The notes under the pieces were generated by a model. The model saw only the letters and a list, made by a program, of their open reading frames with translations, did not search any database and had not been told where the DNA came from. Of a stretch of 47,507 nucleotides of DNA, positions 1 through 7,678 are shown one piece after another (positions within the stretch are counted from its first letter, which is position 1; every line of letters begins with the position of its first letter). Location of the stretch: the IMG/VR virus record IMGVR_UViG_3300043640_000025, positions 1-47,507 of that record. One strand, given 5' to 3'. A program made the position numbers and the translations under genes. The DNA comes from a virus.

Positions 1-127
1 GGTCTCTGGAAGCTTCGGCTGGTCGTGTCGGCCGAAGCCTGCATGCCGAAATCGTCTCTCGCCTACAGGAAAGCTTCGCGCCTCTTGAAGTTGCCCGACC
101 GCAAGAAGCCATGCACATGGTCGAGGT
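1..127. repeat. Terminal direct repeat, copy 1 (identical to 47381-47507)
   Basis: Read directly: ggtctctggaagcttcggct...catgcacatggtcgaggt occurs at both window ends, 127/127 identical. This means a circular or terminally redundant genome; 127 nt is also a common assembler k-mer overlap. Confidence 0.95.
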
Positions 128-245
128 TGCCGTGGAATCCACGATAAGGACCTTGGAGAAACGTGGATGGAAGGGCCCTGATCCAAGGAATAAGGTTTCT
201 GGAAACATAGGGTCAGATTTGAAATCCGACCCCTCTACCCCCTAA
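3..245 (+). CDS. Mnt/Arc-family ribbon-helix-helix repressor, 3' part of a gene that starts at 47323 and crosses the linearisation point (100 aa in total)
   Basis: The frame continues from 47323..47507 through the terminal repeat. Stop TAA at 243-245. It overlaps the stop of the convergent gene 242..658. Confidence 0.6.
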   Translation, partial: SLEASAGRVGRSLHAEIVSRLQESFAPLEVARPQEAMHMVEVAVESTIRTLEKRGWKGPDPRNKVSGNIGSDLKSDPSTP

Positions 246-658
246 GCCGCCTCATCCTCTGCACAGAATCGAATCCGCAACCAGGCAGCGACGTGAACTT
301 TGGCCACCCGGAGACTTTGGTAGTAGTCGGCCCGCGAGCAACCCATGCCAATCCGTCTCATCTTCTGCAGGCGATGCTCTATCGCGGCGCCGGGGTCGAA
401 ATATTCGCACCGTAGAACCGCGGCTGGCCGCTCGCCCACCGGCTGAAGCTCCAAGGCCTTGACGGCATCCTGTACCTCGTCGCCCGCCGTAGTAATGGGC
501 ACTCCACGCGTGATCGCGATCCTCGGCGGCGGACCTTGGAAGACCATCGCCGCATGAAGAGTGGACTTCGATGGCCAGCCGATATGGTCATACTTTCCGC
601 CACGATATTCCTTGGCCCACTCAGCCAGACGAAACTCAAGATCGCTAGATTTTCGCAT
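242..658 (-). CDS. Putative late-gene regulator (lambdoid antiterminator Q-like)
   Basis: 138 aa and last gene of the leftward early operon. LAEWAKEYRGG...GW N-terminus and C-terminal segment GCSRADYYQSLRVAKVHVAAWL resemble Q-type antiterminators. Assigned from position and motif recall only. Confidence 0.4.
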   Translation of the reverse strand: MRKSSDLEFRLAEWAKEYRGGKYDHIGWPSKSTLHAAMVFQGPPPRIAITRGVPITTAGDEVQDAVKALELQPVGERPAAVLRCEYFDPGAAIEHRLQKMRRIGMGCSRADYYQSLRVAKVHVAAWLRIRFCAEDEAA

Positions 659-878
659 TGGTATTCCCCTGTAACTTCAGATGATCTGGTTCGAATTTCG
701 TTCCATGGGTGTGCATGCACAGCGGGTAGCTTCGACCGGCATCGCAGGCCACCCTCCCCCATCCCTCTACCCGATGGATGCAGACTGGGCACCCGCCGCA
801 GCGCATGACGATGGCGACCTTCCGCTTCGTCATCGTCTCGTCGACGTAGTTTTCCGGTCGCGTCAGTGGCTCACCCAT
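645..878 (-). CDS. Hypothetical Cys-rich small protein
   Basis: 77 aa. ATG overlaps the upstream stop (871) and the 3' end overlaps the next gene by 14 nt, i.e. operon packing. CGGCPVC...C...C pattern suggests zinc binding. An alternative start is at 833. Confidence 0.45.
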   Translation of the reverse strand: MGEPLTRPENYVDETMTKRKVAIVMRCGGCPVCIHRVEGWGRVACDAGRSYPLCMHTHGTKFEPDHLKLQGNTNAKI

Positions 879-1155
879 GCCGCTTCCTCCGGCGAAGTTC
901 CCGTTCCAGACGGGTCGCCATGGCCTGGTACTCGGCCACCTTCATCCACGCCCTTTCGATTTCGCCGGCAAGTTCGACATAGCTGAGTTCCCGGCTGCCT
1001 GGCGGCGCATCCGCATCAGCTGCGCGACCTGCCGCAAATACCGCTCGCAGTCGGGCCTTGCCTCGGCCGGTAGTGCTTCCAGCGACGCCGGCCAATTCCG
1101 TGGCTCGATCTGGCGCTGGATACGCAGGGCATGCAGGAGGTGTGTCGATACGCAT
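871..1155 (-). CDS. Hypothetical protein with C-terminal coiled coil
   Basis: Internal ATG at 1155 lies 1 nt after the upstream stop (1157-1159). The longer ORF to 1200 would overlap the VRR-NUC gene. Confidence 0.5.
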   Translation of the reverse strand: MRIDTPPACPAYPAPDRATELAGVAGSTTGRGKARLRAVFAAGRAADADAPPGSRELSYVELAGEIERAWMKVAEYQAMATRLERELRRRKRHG

Positions 1156-1156
1156 G

Positions 1157-1459
1157 TCATGCGGCCCTGCGCCAGTTCTGGACGACGGCCGTAGCCTCAT
1201 CGACGGTGCTGATATGGATGACCGCTGCGCCGCGCCAGTCGCGCGCGAAGACGGACTGGTTGGGGTTGAACCCGGATCGGCCGTAGGCGGTTTCCGGATT
1301 CTTGATCTCTACGAGAAAATTACGGCCGATCACGCCCACTACCAGGTCGGGGAAACCGGCGATGCCGGCGCCATGGAGTTCCGCAACCGTGCAGCCGAGG
1401 TCCTGGAATCGGCCGACGATGGCATTGTGATTGGCGTCCTTCTTGGAGTGGCGGATCAT
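1157..1459 (-). CDS. VRR-NUC / PD-(D/E)xK nuclease-fold protein (Holliday-junction-resolvase-like)
   Basis: 100 aa. Motif GFPDLVV...FLVEIK is a D...E-x-K catalytic core. Located in the nin-like region. Confidence 0.6.
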   Translation of the reverse strand: MIRHSKKDANHNAIVGRFQDLGCTVAELHGAGIAGFPDLVVGVIGRNFLVEIKNPETAYGRSGFNPNQSVFARDWRGAAVIHISTVDEATAVVQNWRRAA

Positions 1460-1800
1460 GCTGCCATCCCTTTCACCGTGATCAGGCCTTTAGCAACCAT
1501 TCGAAGCTGTGTCCGGACAACAGCGCGCAAGGCATAGAAGTTGCGATCCGATTCGTACTGCGCGCGATCGGCCGTCTCGGCATGGGTCGGCGAGTCCGTC
1601 CACCGATTGCATTCGGAACAGGCGAAGCAGGCTTGCAGGTCAGTTGGCTTGAACGACCCGCCGCAATCGCCCAGCCACCGGAGATGCGCGAGGATCACCG
1701 TCTCGGGGTTGTGGTTGCAGACGCCGGCAACCTGCATCGTGCAGCCTTCGCCCTGGGCAGACTTGCGTAGGGGCGTCATCTTGGGGCGGGAACGTTTCAT
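1456..1800 (-). CDS. DUF1364 / YbcO-like putative nuclease
   Basis: 114 aa. C..Q..GVCNHNPETVILAHLR...KP.D...ACFACSECN matches the Cys pattern I recall for E. coli DLP12 YbcO. Confidence 0.6.
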   Translation of the reverse strand: MKRSRPKMTPLRKSAQGEGCTMQVAGVCNHNPETVILAHLRWLGDCGGSFKPTDLQACFACSECNRWTDSPTHAETADRAQYESDRNFYALRAVVRTQLRMVAKGLITVKGMAA

Positions 1801-2312
1801 GCGGCGTCCTCATACCATGGACGCACAAGGCCATGATTCGGGTGAAACCCGTGGTGGGCAGACGCCGCATCGCGAGCAGCTATTGCCTCTGCCTTGGATT
1901 CATACAATCCAATATGCTTCTCACGGCCATCGACCATGATCCTGGCGCGCCACTTGTTCCGGATCGCCATCCATGAAACACCGCAAGCACCACTAGTGTT
2001 ATTCACTTTCAGACGTATGTTTCGACCATTCTCCGCGTTCGTTGCTTCGCGAAGATTCGCCCACCGATTATTTCCACGATCACCATCAAGGTGGTCGACC
2101 TGCTCGTCTGGCATCTTTCCGGTCATGTAGAGAAATGCAAGGCGATGAGCCCGATAGCGCCCTCTGCAGACTCCGATGTAGCGGTAACCGCTAGCCTTTA
2201 CGTCACCACACTCCTGCCCTTCTTGGCAGCGCCACTGCCCAATGATCCGCGTAAATACGCCCGTTTCCGGGTCATATCGAAGATTCGCCTTCAACTCGGC
2301 CTGAGTAATCAT
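1797..2312 (-). CDS. HNH homing endonuclease with AP2 DNA-binding domain
   Basis: Start ATG at 2312 forms an ATGA overlap with the ninB stop. VDHLDGDRGNNRWANLREATNAENGRN is an HNH_3 motif; GVSW...KWRARI...HIGLYESKAEAIAARD is AP2-like. Visibly AT-richer DNA. Confidence 0.75.
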   Translation of the reverse strand: MITQAELKANLRYDPETGVFTRIIGQWRCQEGQECGDVKASGYRYIGVCRGRYRAHRLAFLYMTGKMPDEQVDHLDGDRGNNRWANLREATNAENGRNIRLKVNNTSGACGVSWMAIRNKWRARIMVDGREKHIGLYESKAEAIAARDAASAHHGFHPNHGLVRPWYEDAA

Positions 2313-2755
2313 GCAGCCCTCGCCTGCTCTGACCAGAATGGATCTGGTGATGGAACATCGATCCCAGCCGATGCCGCGATGCGCTGCACGGTGTTGTAGA
2401 ACTCTGCGAACTCGGCGGTGGGCATGACATCGCGTTCGCCGTTCTCGTTCGTCGTCGTGGTACGGAACGGCCGACGCCTGACCTCGCCCATCACCTCGCG
2501 ATCCACCCATCCGAAGAATTTTCCGCAAAAGGATTCGTGCAGGTCGTCGATATCGTCGCCCGTCACAGCCTTGATCGCTGGATAGGCCACCCCGAATAAG
2601 GCCCTGTTTTGTACGTCGGTCCGCTCCTTCCTCGCCTCCTTGATCTCGATCCGCCAGGACTTCCCCGCAGGCAAGCGATCGACGAAGGCATGGACGTTGG
2701 CGCGGACGGTTTCGCGTTCCGGGGCATTGGCATTGAGGGTGTATTTTTGGCTCAT
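2309..2755 (-). CDS. ninB: NinB/Orf-family recombination mediator
   Basis: 148 aa. RTDVQNRALFG...TTTNE...MPTAEFAEFYNTVQRIAA..GI parallels lambda Orf (SLDQNRKLW...STSRMRVGEFAELLELIQAFG). Confidence 0.6.
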   Translation of the reverse strand: MSQKYTLNANAPERETVRANVHAFVDRLPAGKSWRIEIKEARKERTDVQNRALFGVAYPAIKAVTGDDIDDLHESFCGKFFGWVDREVMGEVRRRPFRTTTTNENGERDVMPTAEFAEFYNTVQRIAASAGIDVPSPDPFWSEQARAA

Positions 2756-3921
2756 GCGACCTCCTTTAGGTAGGCCTCGCGGATACGCGCGTCGGCAATG
2801 GTCGTGTAGTCCGCGTCCATCTCTATGCCGATGAAATCAAAGCCTTCAAGCACAGCGCCCCGCCCCGTACTGCCTGAGCCCATGAAGGGGTCAAGGATCG
2901 TTCCACCCGCAGGCGTGACTAGGCGGCACAGGTAGCGCATGAGTTCGGTGGGTTTGACGGTTGGATGGGTGTTTAGACGCTCGGTTTTTCCGCGCTGGTA
3001 CGCGTTATCGGCAGCGACGGCCGGGCCGTCGCTAGTTGTGTCTGGCGTCAGATAGCCGCATCCAGCTTCGCGCTCAGCTTTGCTTGGCTTGGCGCAATAG
3101 AAGAAACGCGCAGCACTTCCAGCGTCGAGTCGTCGCGCGCCCGGCTTCATGGCGAAACCTACGGCGCCGACGTTGGCACTATCTGCGGATGGCTCACCGT
3201 CGCGGCCGTAGCGCATGACTCCATAGATGCCTCGTGTCTTGCAGTCGCCGCTTGTCTTGGCGTTGGCGATCTGACCCGGCGCGGATGGGAATGCAGTAAT
3301 GACTTCATCACTGCCATCGTGGATCACGTTGGCGGGCCAGCGGCCGAGCCGTGAAGGAGGATTGCGGTCGACGGTATCGCCCACCATGCCCGGAGCAGCC
3401 GAGAGCAGCCGAGAGCATCTTTGATGGGCCGCCCAACCCGGCGTCCCAATCTCAGGCACCGCGCCATTCGGCCACTCGACACGGCAAACGTTGATATTTA
3501 TCGCCCCTGTGCCATGGGCCAGCACGTTGGCGGCCACGGTTCCTATAAGCGGCTTGCGCGCCATGACGATAGGCTCATGCGCAGGCTTCAACGCAGTGCC
3601 GCCCCACGCACCGTTGTGCGACTTCGGAAAGCCCGACCCGTAGATCCACATAATCTGGTCGCGAATCTCCCAACCAGCATCCTCGATAGCCGATGCCATG
3701 CGGTGATACGTCCGTGAGCCACCGAACGATAGGAGGTGCCCGCCCGGCTTGATGACGCGGAGCATTTCGGTCCAGAACTCGACGCCAGGGACGCCTTTGT
3801 CCCACGCTTTACCCATGAAGCTAAGGCCATAGGGTGGATCGGTGACGATGGAGTCGATACTGTTGTCAGCCATCGTCCGCAACACTTCGCGGCAGTCGCC
3901 CGTCATGATTTGGTAGCTCAT
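2752..3921 (-). CDS. DNA methyltransferase (N6-A/N4-C, beta-class motif order)
   Basis: Motif IV DPPYG near the N-terminus and motif I DPFMGSGSTG near the C-terminus. Start at 3921 (ATGA overlap with the upstream stop, GGAG 9 nt upstream). About 389 aa, longer than typical family members. Confidence 0.85.
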   Translation of the reverse strand: MSYQIMTGDCREVLRTMADNSIDSIVTDPPYGLSFMGKAWDKGVPGVEFWTEMLRVIKPGGHLLSFGGSRTYHRMASAIEDAGWEIRDQIMWIYGSGFPKSHNGAWGGTALKPAHEPIVMARKPLIGTVAANVLAHGTGAININVCRVEWPNGAVPEIGTPGWAAHQRCSRLLSAAPGMVGDTVDRNPPSRLGRWPANVIHDGSDEVITAFPSAPGQIANAKTSGDCKTRGIYGVMRYGRDGEPSADSANVGAVGFAMKPGARRLDAGSAARFFYCAKPSKAEREAGCGYLTPDTTSDGPAVAADNAYQRGKTERLNTHPTVKPTELMRYLCRLVTPAGGTILDPFMGSGSTGRGAVLEGFDFIGIEMDADYTTIADARIREAYLKEVA

Positions 3922-4133
3922 GCCACCAACTCCCATGCATGTGTCGGCCGGCCCATCCGCGAGCTACGCTTCACGACGAGGCCGGTCCTCACCATCTTTA
4001 GGTCCTTGAGTTCGGCGATCGCGAGGTAGACGTTGTGGCGTGTCACTGACAATTTCTCGGCCAATTCAGCGACACAGGCAGGCGCCTCGGTCAGAGCATC
4101 GATCACCCGAAGTGCAGTGCGTTCCGTCCTCAT
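3918..4133 (-). CDS. Winged-helix DNA-binding protein
   Basis: 71 aa. VAELAEKLSVTRHNVYLAIAELKDLKMV is HTH-like (MarR/ArsR style). Translationally coupled on both sides. Confidence 0.55.
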   Translation of the reverse strand: MRTERTALRVIDALTEAPACVAELAEKLSVTRHNVYLAIAELKDLKMVRTGLVVKRSSRMGRPTHAWELVA

Positions 4134-4510
4134 GAGGCCTCCGGTGGTGTCTGGTCGTCGTCGTGGATGCCGAGCGTCTTGCTGATCTCGGCGAAGGACC
4201 GCATACGAGCCTTTCGCACGCGCTCGTCGTCGATGCGCAGAGGCTTCACAAATGGCTTGACGTTGCTCGGTAGGGACTCAATGAAATCCGACGGCACCGG
4301 CCATGTCTTCCGTGCACCAAGGGTCAGGAAGGCGGACCGGAACCGCTCCACGTCCCTTGCCTCGTCGAACACGCGGCCATTGGTGATGACCTTGCACCAC
4401 ATCATCACCGTGCCTTCGATCAGTTCAAGCGCGGGCTGGCGATCCAAGCTCAAGCACAACAGGCCCTGCAAGCCCTTCGCAATCTCGGTTTCGATCCAAT
4501 TGGTTTCCAT
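4130..4510 (-). CDS. Hypothetical protein, probably replication-associated
   Basis: 126 aa directly after the replisome organizer. It overlaps that gene by 86 nt if the start is 4510; an alternative ATG at 4405 removes the overlap. Confidence 0.5.
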   Translation of the reverse strand: METNWIETEIAKGLQGLLCLSLDRQPALELIEGTVMMWCKVITNGRVFDEARDVERFRSAFLTLGARKTWPVPSDFIESLPSNVKPFVKPLRIDDERVRKARMRSFAEISKTLGIHDDDQTPPEAS

Positions 4511-5270
4511 TGATAATTCCTTGAAGTTTCATGACGGCGATCCCGGTTTTACTCATCGGCGGCGCCATTGGTCCGGCGCGCTGTTGAGCCTTCGGTGCCT
4601 CGTTCTGGGCCTTCGATAGCCATCCATTGACGAACCGGAGGATGCCGCTACGGGTCTTTCGCTTGGTCGGGTTGCTGATCGCCCAGGCCCGCATCGCCCG
4701 GAGTTCCTGGCGCGCATCGGTAGCGGGATACAGGGCTGCGAACTCGGTAAGCTGGTTCTCGGTGATCGGGAACTCAGTACCGTCGTTAAGCGTGATACCG
4801 ACTGCGACCGGGGAATCATCGACTGGCTTGGCGCGAGCATCGTGCCGAGCAGAAGGCTTTTGCTCTTTCTTCTCTGTATCTGTTCTGTTCTGTATCTGTT
4901 CTGGGGCGTTACTGAAACGTTTCATATCGTTTCCGCCCTCGGCCTCTGCCGATTTCTTGGCCTCGCGATACTTGCGAACCCTTGGTGTGCTTGAATCCGA
5001 GACGTATTGGCGGTCATCCCACTTGCGCAGCGTCCAGTCCTCAAGGATGAATCCCCGGCGAAGGAATTCCGCTTTTGTCAGGGCAATTTCCTCGGGAGAA
5101 ATACGCATCGCGAATGCGATGGATGTTTCCCTTTCCGTTTCATGAAACGTTTCAATACCGTTTCCGCACTGGATGCAGAAAAGCATGATGAGGCGCCGTT
5201 GCATGGCCTCGCTCATCATCTGGACCTTGGGGTCCGTCGAGAATTCTGCATAGAGACGTAGCCAATCCAT
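4425..5270 (-). CDS. Replisome organizer / replication initiator (lambda O-like role)
   Basis: MDWLRLYAEFSTDPKVQ N-terminus is typical of phage replisome-organizer N-domains. Basic/acidic linker. The ATG at 5270 overlaps the upstream stop by 1 nt. Contains iteron-like repeats. Confidence 0.6.
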   Translation of the reverse strand: MDWLRLYAEFSTDPKVQMMSEAMQRRLIMLFCIQCGNGIETFHETERETSIAFAMRISPEEIALTKAEFLRRGFILEDWTLRKWDDRQYVSDSSTPRVRKYREAKKSAEAEGGNDMKRFSNAPEQIQNRTDTEKKEQKPSARHDARAKPVDDSPVAVGITLNDGTEFPITENQLTEFAALYPATDARQELRAMRAWAISNPTKRKTRSGILRFVNGWLSKAQNEAPKAQQRAGPMAPPMSKTGIAVMKLQGIINGNQLDRNRDCEGLAGPVVLELGSPARA

Positions 5271-5581
5271 CAGACAGGCCACCACGTAGTAACCCGCTTC
5301 TGGCTCTGCGTGCAGCGACGCGGACGGCCCTTCGTGACGGTGCCGGCGGTCTGTGCCTCCGGGAGTCGTCGGGCGACCTCATGGCGTTCCAGGCGAACGA
5401 TCGTCGCCAGTTCGGCGCTGGTCAGGCCCGGATGCTTGCGCACCGCCTCGGTCACTACGGCGATATGGCACTGACGGGCACCACTGGCGGTATGCAATGC
5501 CGAGGCCTCATGGGACGAGAACGGATCGGTACGACGAGCAGCCGGTGTTTCGATTATGCGGATGGCGTTCATGTCATTCAC
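5270..5581 (-). CDS. Winged-helix DNA-binding protein
   Basis: 103 aa. DPFSSHEAS...HPGLTSAELA...HEVARRLPE....G.V pattern is typical of small phage wHTH proteins. Confidence 0.5.
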   Translation of the reverse strand: MNDMNAIRIIETPAARRTDPFSSHEASALHTASGARQCHIAVVTEAVRKHPGLTSAELATIVRLERHEVARRLPEAQTAGTVTKGRPRRCTQSQKRVTTWWPV

Positions 5582-5843
5582 TCGCCGACAGCACAGGAAC
5601 GTCGCGGTGCGTCAGCCCGGAAAGTGTGCGTTTTCCGCCCGATTGCGCGCGAATGCTGGCGTCCAGTTCGATGAAGTCCACCCGTCGCAAACGCAAACAG
5701 GGGGGGGTCTTGCCTGACGTGGCCATGTAGCAGCTCAACTTGTCGAACTTTTCGAGCAAGGCTTGCTGAGGCTTGGTGAGTTTGTAGTCGCGCAGGCGCG
5801 GGCTATCGACCAGTGCCTTGGCGGGCTTTGTCTGTGCGTTCAT
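5574..5843 (-). CDS. Hypothetical protein
   Basis: 89 aa in operon packing (8-nt and 4-nt overlaps). Contains a C8 homopolymer tract (G8 on the plus strand, 5700-5707). Confidence 0.5.
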   Translation of the reverse strand: MNAQTKPAKALVDSPRLRDYKLTKPQQALLEKFDKLSCYMATSGKTPPCLRLRRVDFIELDASIRAQSGGKRTLSGLTHRDVPVLSASE

Positions 5844-6076
5844 TCCCCTTCCCCTGTTGTCGTACTTTTCAGGCCCTTAAAAGGCAAAACTTGAGCGTTT
5901 CCCTTTCGTAATTCGTACCGGTTGCGAAGTGCCGCGCTTATCGCAGCGGCAGCACATTCGGCTTCGGACATTCCATCGGCGCTGGCTAAAGCGCGGAGTT
6001 CTTTCGATTCGGCGTGACTCAACCGCACCACCAGATCAGGCATAGGGCCTCCATCGGGGCGCATGTGAGCCTTCAA
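5840..6076 (-). CDS. Hypothetical protein
   Basis: 78 aa with 4-nt overlaps to both neighbours. Confidence 0.5.
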   Translation of the reverse strand: MKAHMRPDGGPMPDLVVRLSHAESKELRALASADGMSEAECAAAAISAALRNRYELRKGNAQVLPFKGLKSTTTGEGE

Positions 6077-6258
6077 GCCGCACGGGTCGTCTCGTTACGC
6101 TGCTGCAGCAGGGCCAGTCCTTCGAGCATCAGGTCGCGCACGAACACGGCGCGTTGCCGCTGGTTGAACTGTGCCAAGGCCTCGACGACAGCGAGTTCCT
6201 GGTCGTTAAGACGAACCTTTACTTCGTTGTCGCGGATGTGGCTGGGGTCGGCGTACAT
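6073..6258 (-). CDS. Ribbon-helix-helix-like small regulator
   Basis: 61 aa. VKVRLNDQELAVVEALA fits a beta-strand plus helix RHH start. AAGGA 8 nt upstream of the ATG. Confidence 0.45.
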   Translation of the reverse strand: MYADPSHIRDNEVKVRLNDQELAVVEALAQFNQRQRAVFVRDLMLEGLALLQQRNETTRAA

Positions 6259-6314
6259 CGGTAGATCCTTTGGTGTCTCGGGTTGGTTTGAGGGAGAGTT
6301 GGGTGGAACGAAAT

Positions 6315-6467
6315 TCAGGCGAAGCCCGCCGCGCGATAAGCTGGTGCTGCCCAGCTACCAGCCACCAACGCGGAGGACTTCATGGAAGCGGAAGATGTAG
6401 AACGAGCTTTGGTTTTGCTGCACTCAAGCACGATGGCTACGGATGCATTGGTCGACGTATTACTCAT
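6315..6467 (-). CDS. Hypothetical small protein (50 aa)
   Basis: ATG at 6467 forms an ATGA overlap with the stop of 6464..6682. Below the ORF-track length cutoff when started at this Met. Confidence 0.35.
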   Translation of the reverse strand: MSNTSTNASVAIVLECSKTKARSTSSASMKSSALVAGSWAAPAYRAAGFA

Positions 6468-6682
6468 GACGCATCCCGCCCCGTCAGAAGCGCTCGAAGT
6501 GCTGCGACAGCACTTTTCATCCTTGCGAGCATCCACAGCCTTAGAGTTGGCAAGGCTTGGGGATGCCGAGCATTCGGATGCGCTGAACCAGGCATGGGAG
6601 CGGGCGATGCATCGGGCAGAGCGATACCTTCGCCGGCCTTAATGGCCTCAAGCATCCTCATGGCTTCGAGGGTTAAGCTCAT
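6464..6682 (-). CDS. Hypothetical small protein (72 aa)
   Basis: ATG at 6682 lies 1 nt after the cro-like stop (TGAgATG). Preferred over the antisense ORF 6382..6642 because of this coupling. Confidence 0.4.
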   Translation of the reverse strand: MSLTLEAMRMLEAIKAGEGIALPDASPAPMPGSAHPNARHPQALPTLRLWMLARMKSAVAALRALLTGRDAS

Positions 6683-6683
6683 C

Positions 6684-6902
6684 TCAGGCCGCCTTGGTTT
6701 TGGTTTGACGCGAGCCCCGGAAGAAGTCGGGCTTGAGGACGAATCGAATGCGCAAAGCCTTGTCATCAGGGATGGGCTTGGCCTCACTCCACTGGTAGAC
6801 GGCGCTCGTCGAGATATCGAGAGCATCGGCAAGTGCGGACACGCTCCCCCCGAAGGCGGCGAGAGCTTCCTCTTTGGTCATCTTGGTCGGCTGATCGTTC
6901 AT
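6684..6902 (-). CDS. Cro/YdaS-like HTH regulator (lytic-side switch protein)
   Basis: AAFGGSVSALADALDISTSAVYQWSE is the YdaS/Cro HTH motif. Divergent from the repressor. Start set at 6902 because the 6938 start would place the operators inside the CDS; 6881 is also possible. Confidence 0.65.
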   Translation of the reverse strand: MNDQPTKMTKEEALAAFGGSVSALADALDISTSAVYQWSEAKPIPDDKALRIRFVLKPDFFRGSRQTKTKAA

Positions 6903-6911
6903 GCCTACATG

Positions 6912-6975
6912 ATAAGCATACTTATACGTCGTGTGCAAGCATGCTTATGAAGCACGCTTATATGCTTGGAAGCAT
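6912..6975. promoter_or_regulatory. OR-like operator cluster (14-bp palindromes around AAGCATGCTT)
   Basis: ATAAGCATACTTAT 6912-6925, GCAAGCATGCTTAT 6935-6948, TGAAGCACGCTTAT 6948-6961, and the palindrome ATGCTTGGAAGCAT 6962-6975. All lie between the divergent cro-like and cI-like starts. Confidence 0.6.
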
Positions 6976-7642
6976 GACTAACCTGGCCGCAAGAATCATC
7001 GAGGCGAGAACCGAGGCCGGCATTCTGGAGCCCGCTGAATTGGCCCGCCGAGTAGGTGTTCGCCCTGCCGCCGCCTATCAGTGGGAGTCTGGCGCGACCA
7101 AGAGCCTCAAAGACACGACGCTAGTGGAGCTAGCTGATGCTCTTGGCGTCACCGCTCGATGGCTCGCCACTGGCCGCGCCCCAAAGCGAGAGTCTCAGCC
7201 CGTCGCGCGATTTGAGATACCCGAGGGCTACGTTCGCCTTCCACTCTTGGAGGGGTTCGCAGGCATGGGAAGGGGGGAATATGTCGGGGACTATCCGGAA
7301 ATCGTTAATTTCGTAGAAGTCACCAGGGAATGGGCGGAACGCAAGCTACACGGTGTTCCCATGGCGGCCATTCGCGTCATAACCGGACGTGGCCAGAGCA
7401 TGAAGGGCATGTACGACGACGGGGATCTGATCTTCATCGACGCTAGGGTCAAGTCCTTTGTGGACGATGCAGCCTATGTCTTTCGGTACGGCGGCCGGGT
7501 CCAGGTTAAGCGGCTGCAATGGCGCGGCGATCGCCTACGCATCCTAAGTGCCAACCCGTCCTATGAGGCCCTGGATGTCGACGAGGCCGACTTGGAGATC
7601 GGTGGAATGGCCCTTGCTGCGTGGACGCTTAGGGATTTTTGA
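6974..7642 (+). CDS. CI-type prophage repressor (HTH_XRE plus S24 LexA-like peptidase)
   Basis: HTH segment AELARRVGVRPAAAYQWESG. Candidate Ala-Gly cleavage site in GFAGMG. Ser in GRGQSM and Lys in QVKRL. Start uncertain (6941, 6947, 6962 or 6974). Confidence 0.85.
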   Translation: MTNLAARIIEARTEAGILEPAELARRVGVRPAAAYQWESGATKSLKDTTLVELADALGVTARWLATGRAPKRESQPVARFEIPEGYVRLPLLEGFAGMGRGEYVGDYPEIVNFVEVTREWAERKLHGVPMAAIRVITGRGQSMKGMYDDGDLIFIDARVKSFVDDAAYVFRYGGRVQVKRLQWRGDRLRILSANPSYEALDVDEADLEIGGMALAAWTLRDF

Positions 7643-7678
7643 TTCGGATATCGATGTTAGGGACACAGGGGACCTGAA

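Noticed and set aside
1-241. Host flanking DNA or an att site at the window ends.
   Set aside because: The ends are an exact duplicate of each other, and a single RHH gene reads continuously across the junction. There is no sign of non-phage sequence.
3393-3417. 10-bp tandem duplication (gagcagccga x2.5) inside the methyltransferase gene, considered as a frameshifting phase-variation switch.
   Set aside because: The reading frame is intact across it, with conserved motifs in frame on both sides. Two and a half copies is too short for a credible contingency locus.
6382-6642. 86-aa plus-strand ORF with a plausible helical translation.
   Set aside because: It sits inside the leftward early operon. 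The minus strand offers two small ORFs (6464..6682 and 6315..6467) chained to cro by TGAgATG and ATGA junctions. The call is uncertain and the plus ORF cannot be fully excluded.
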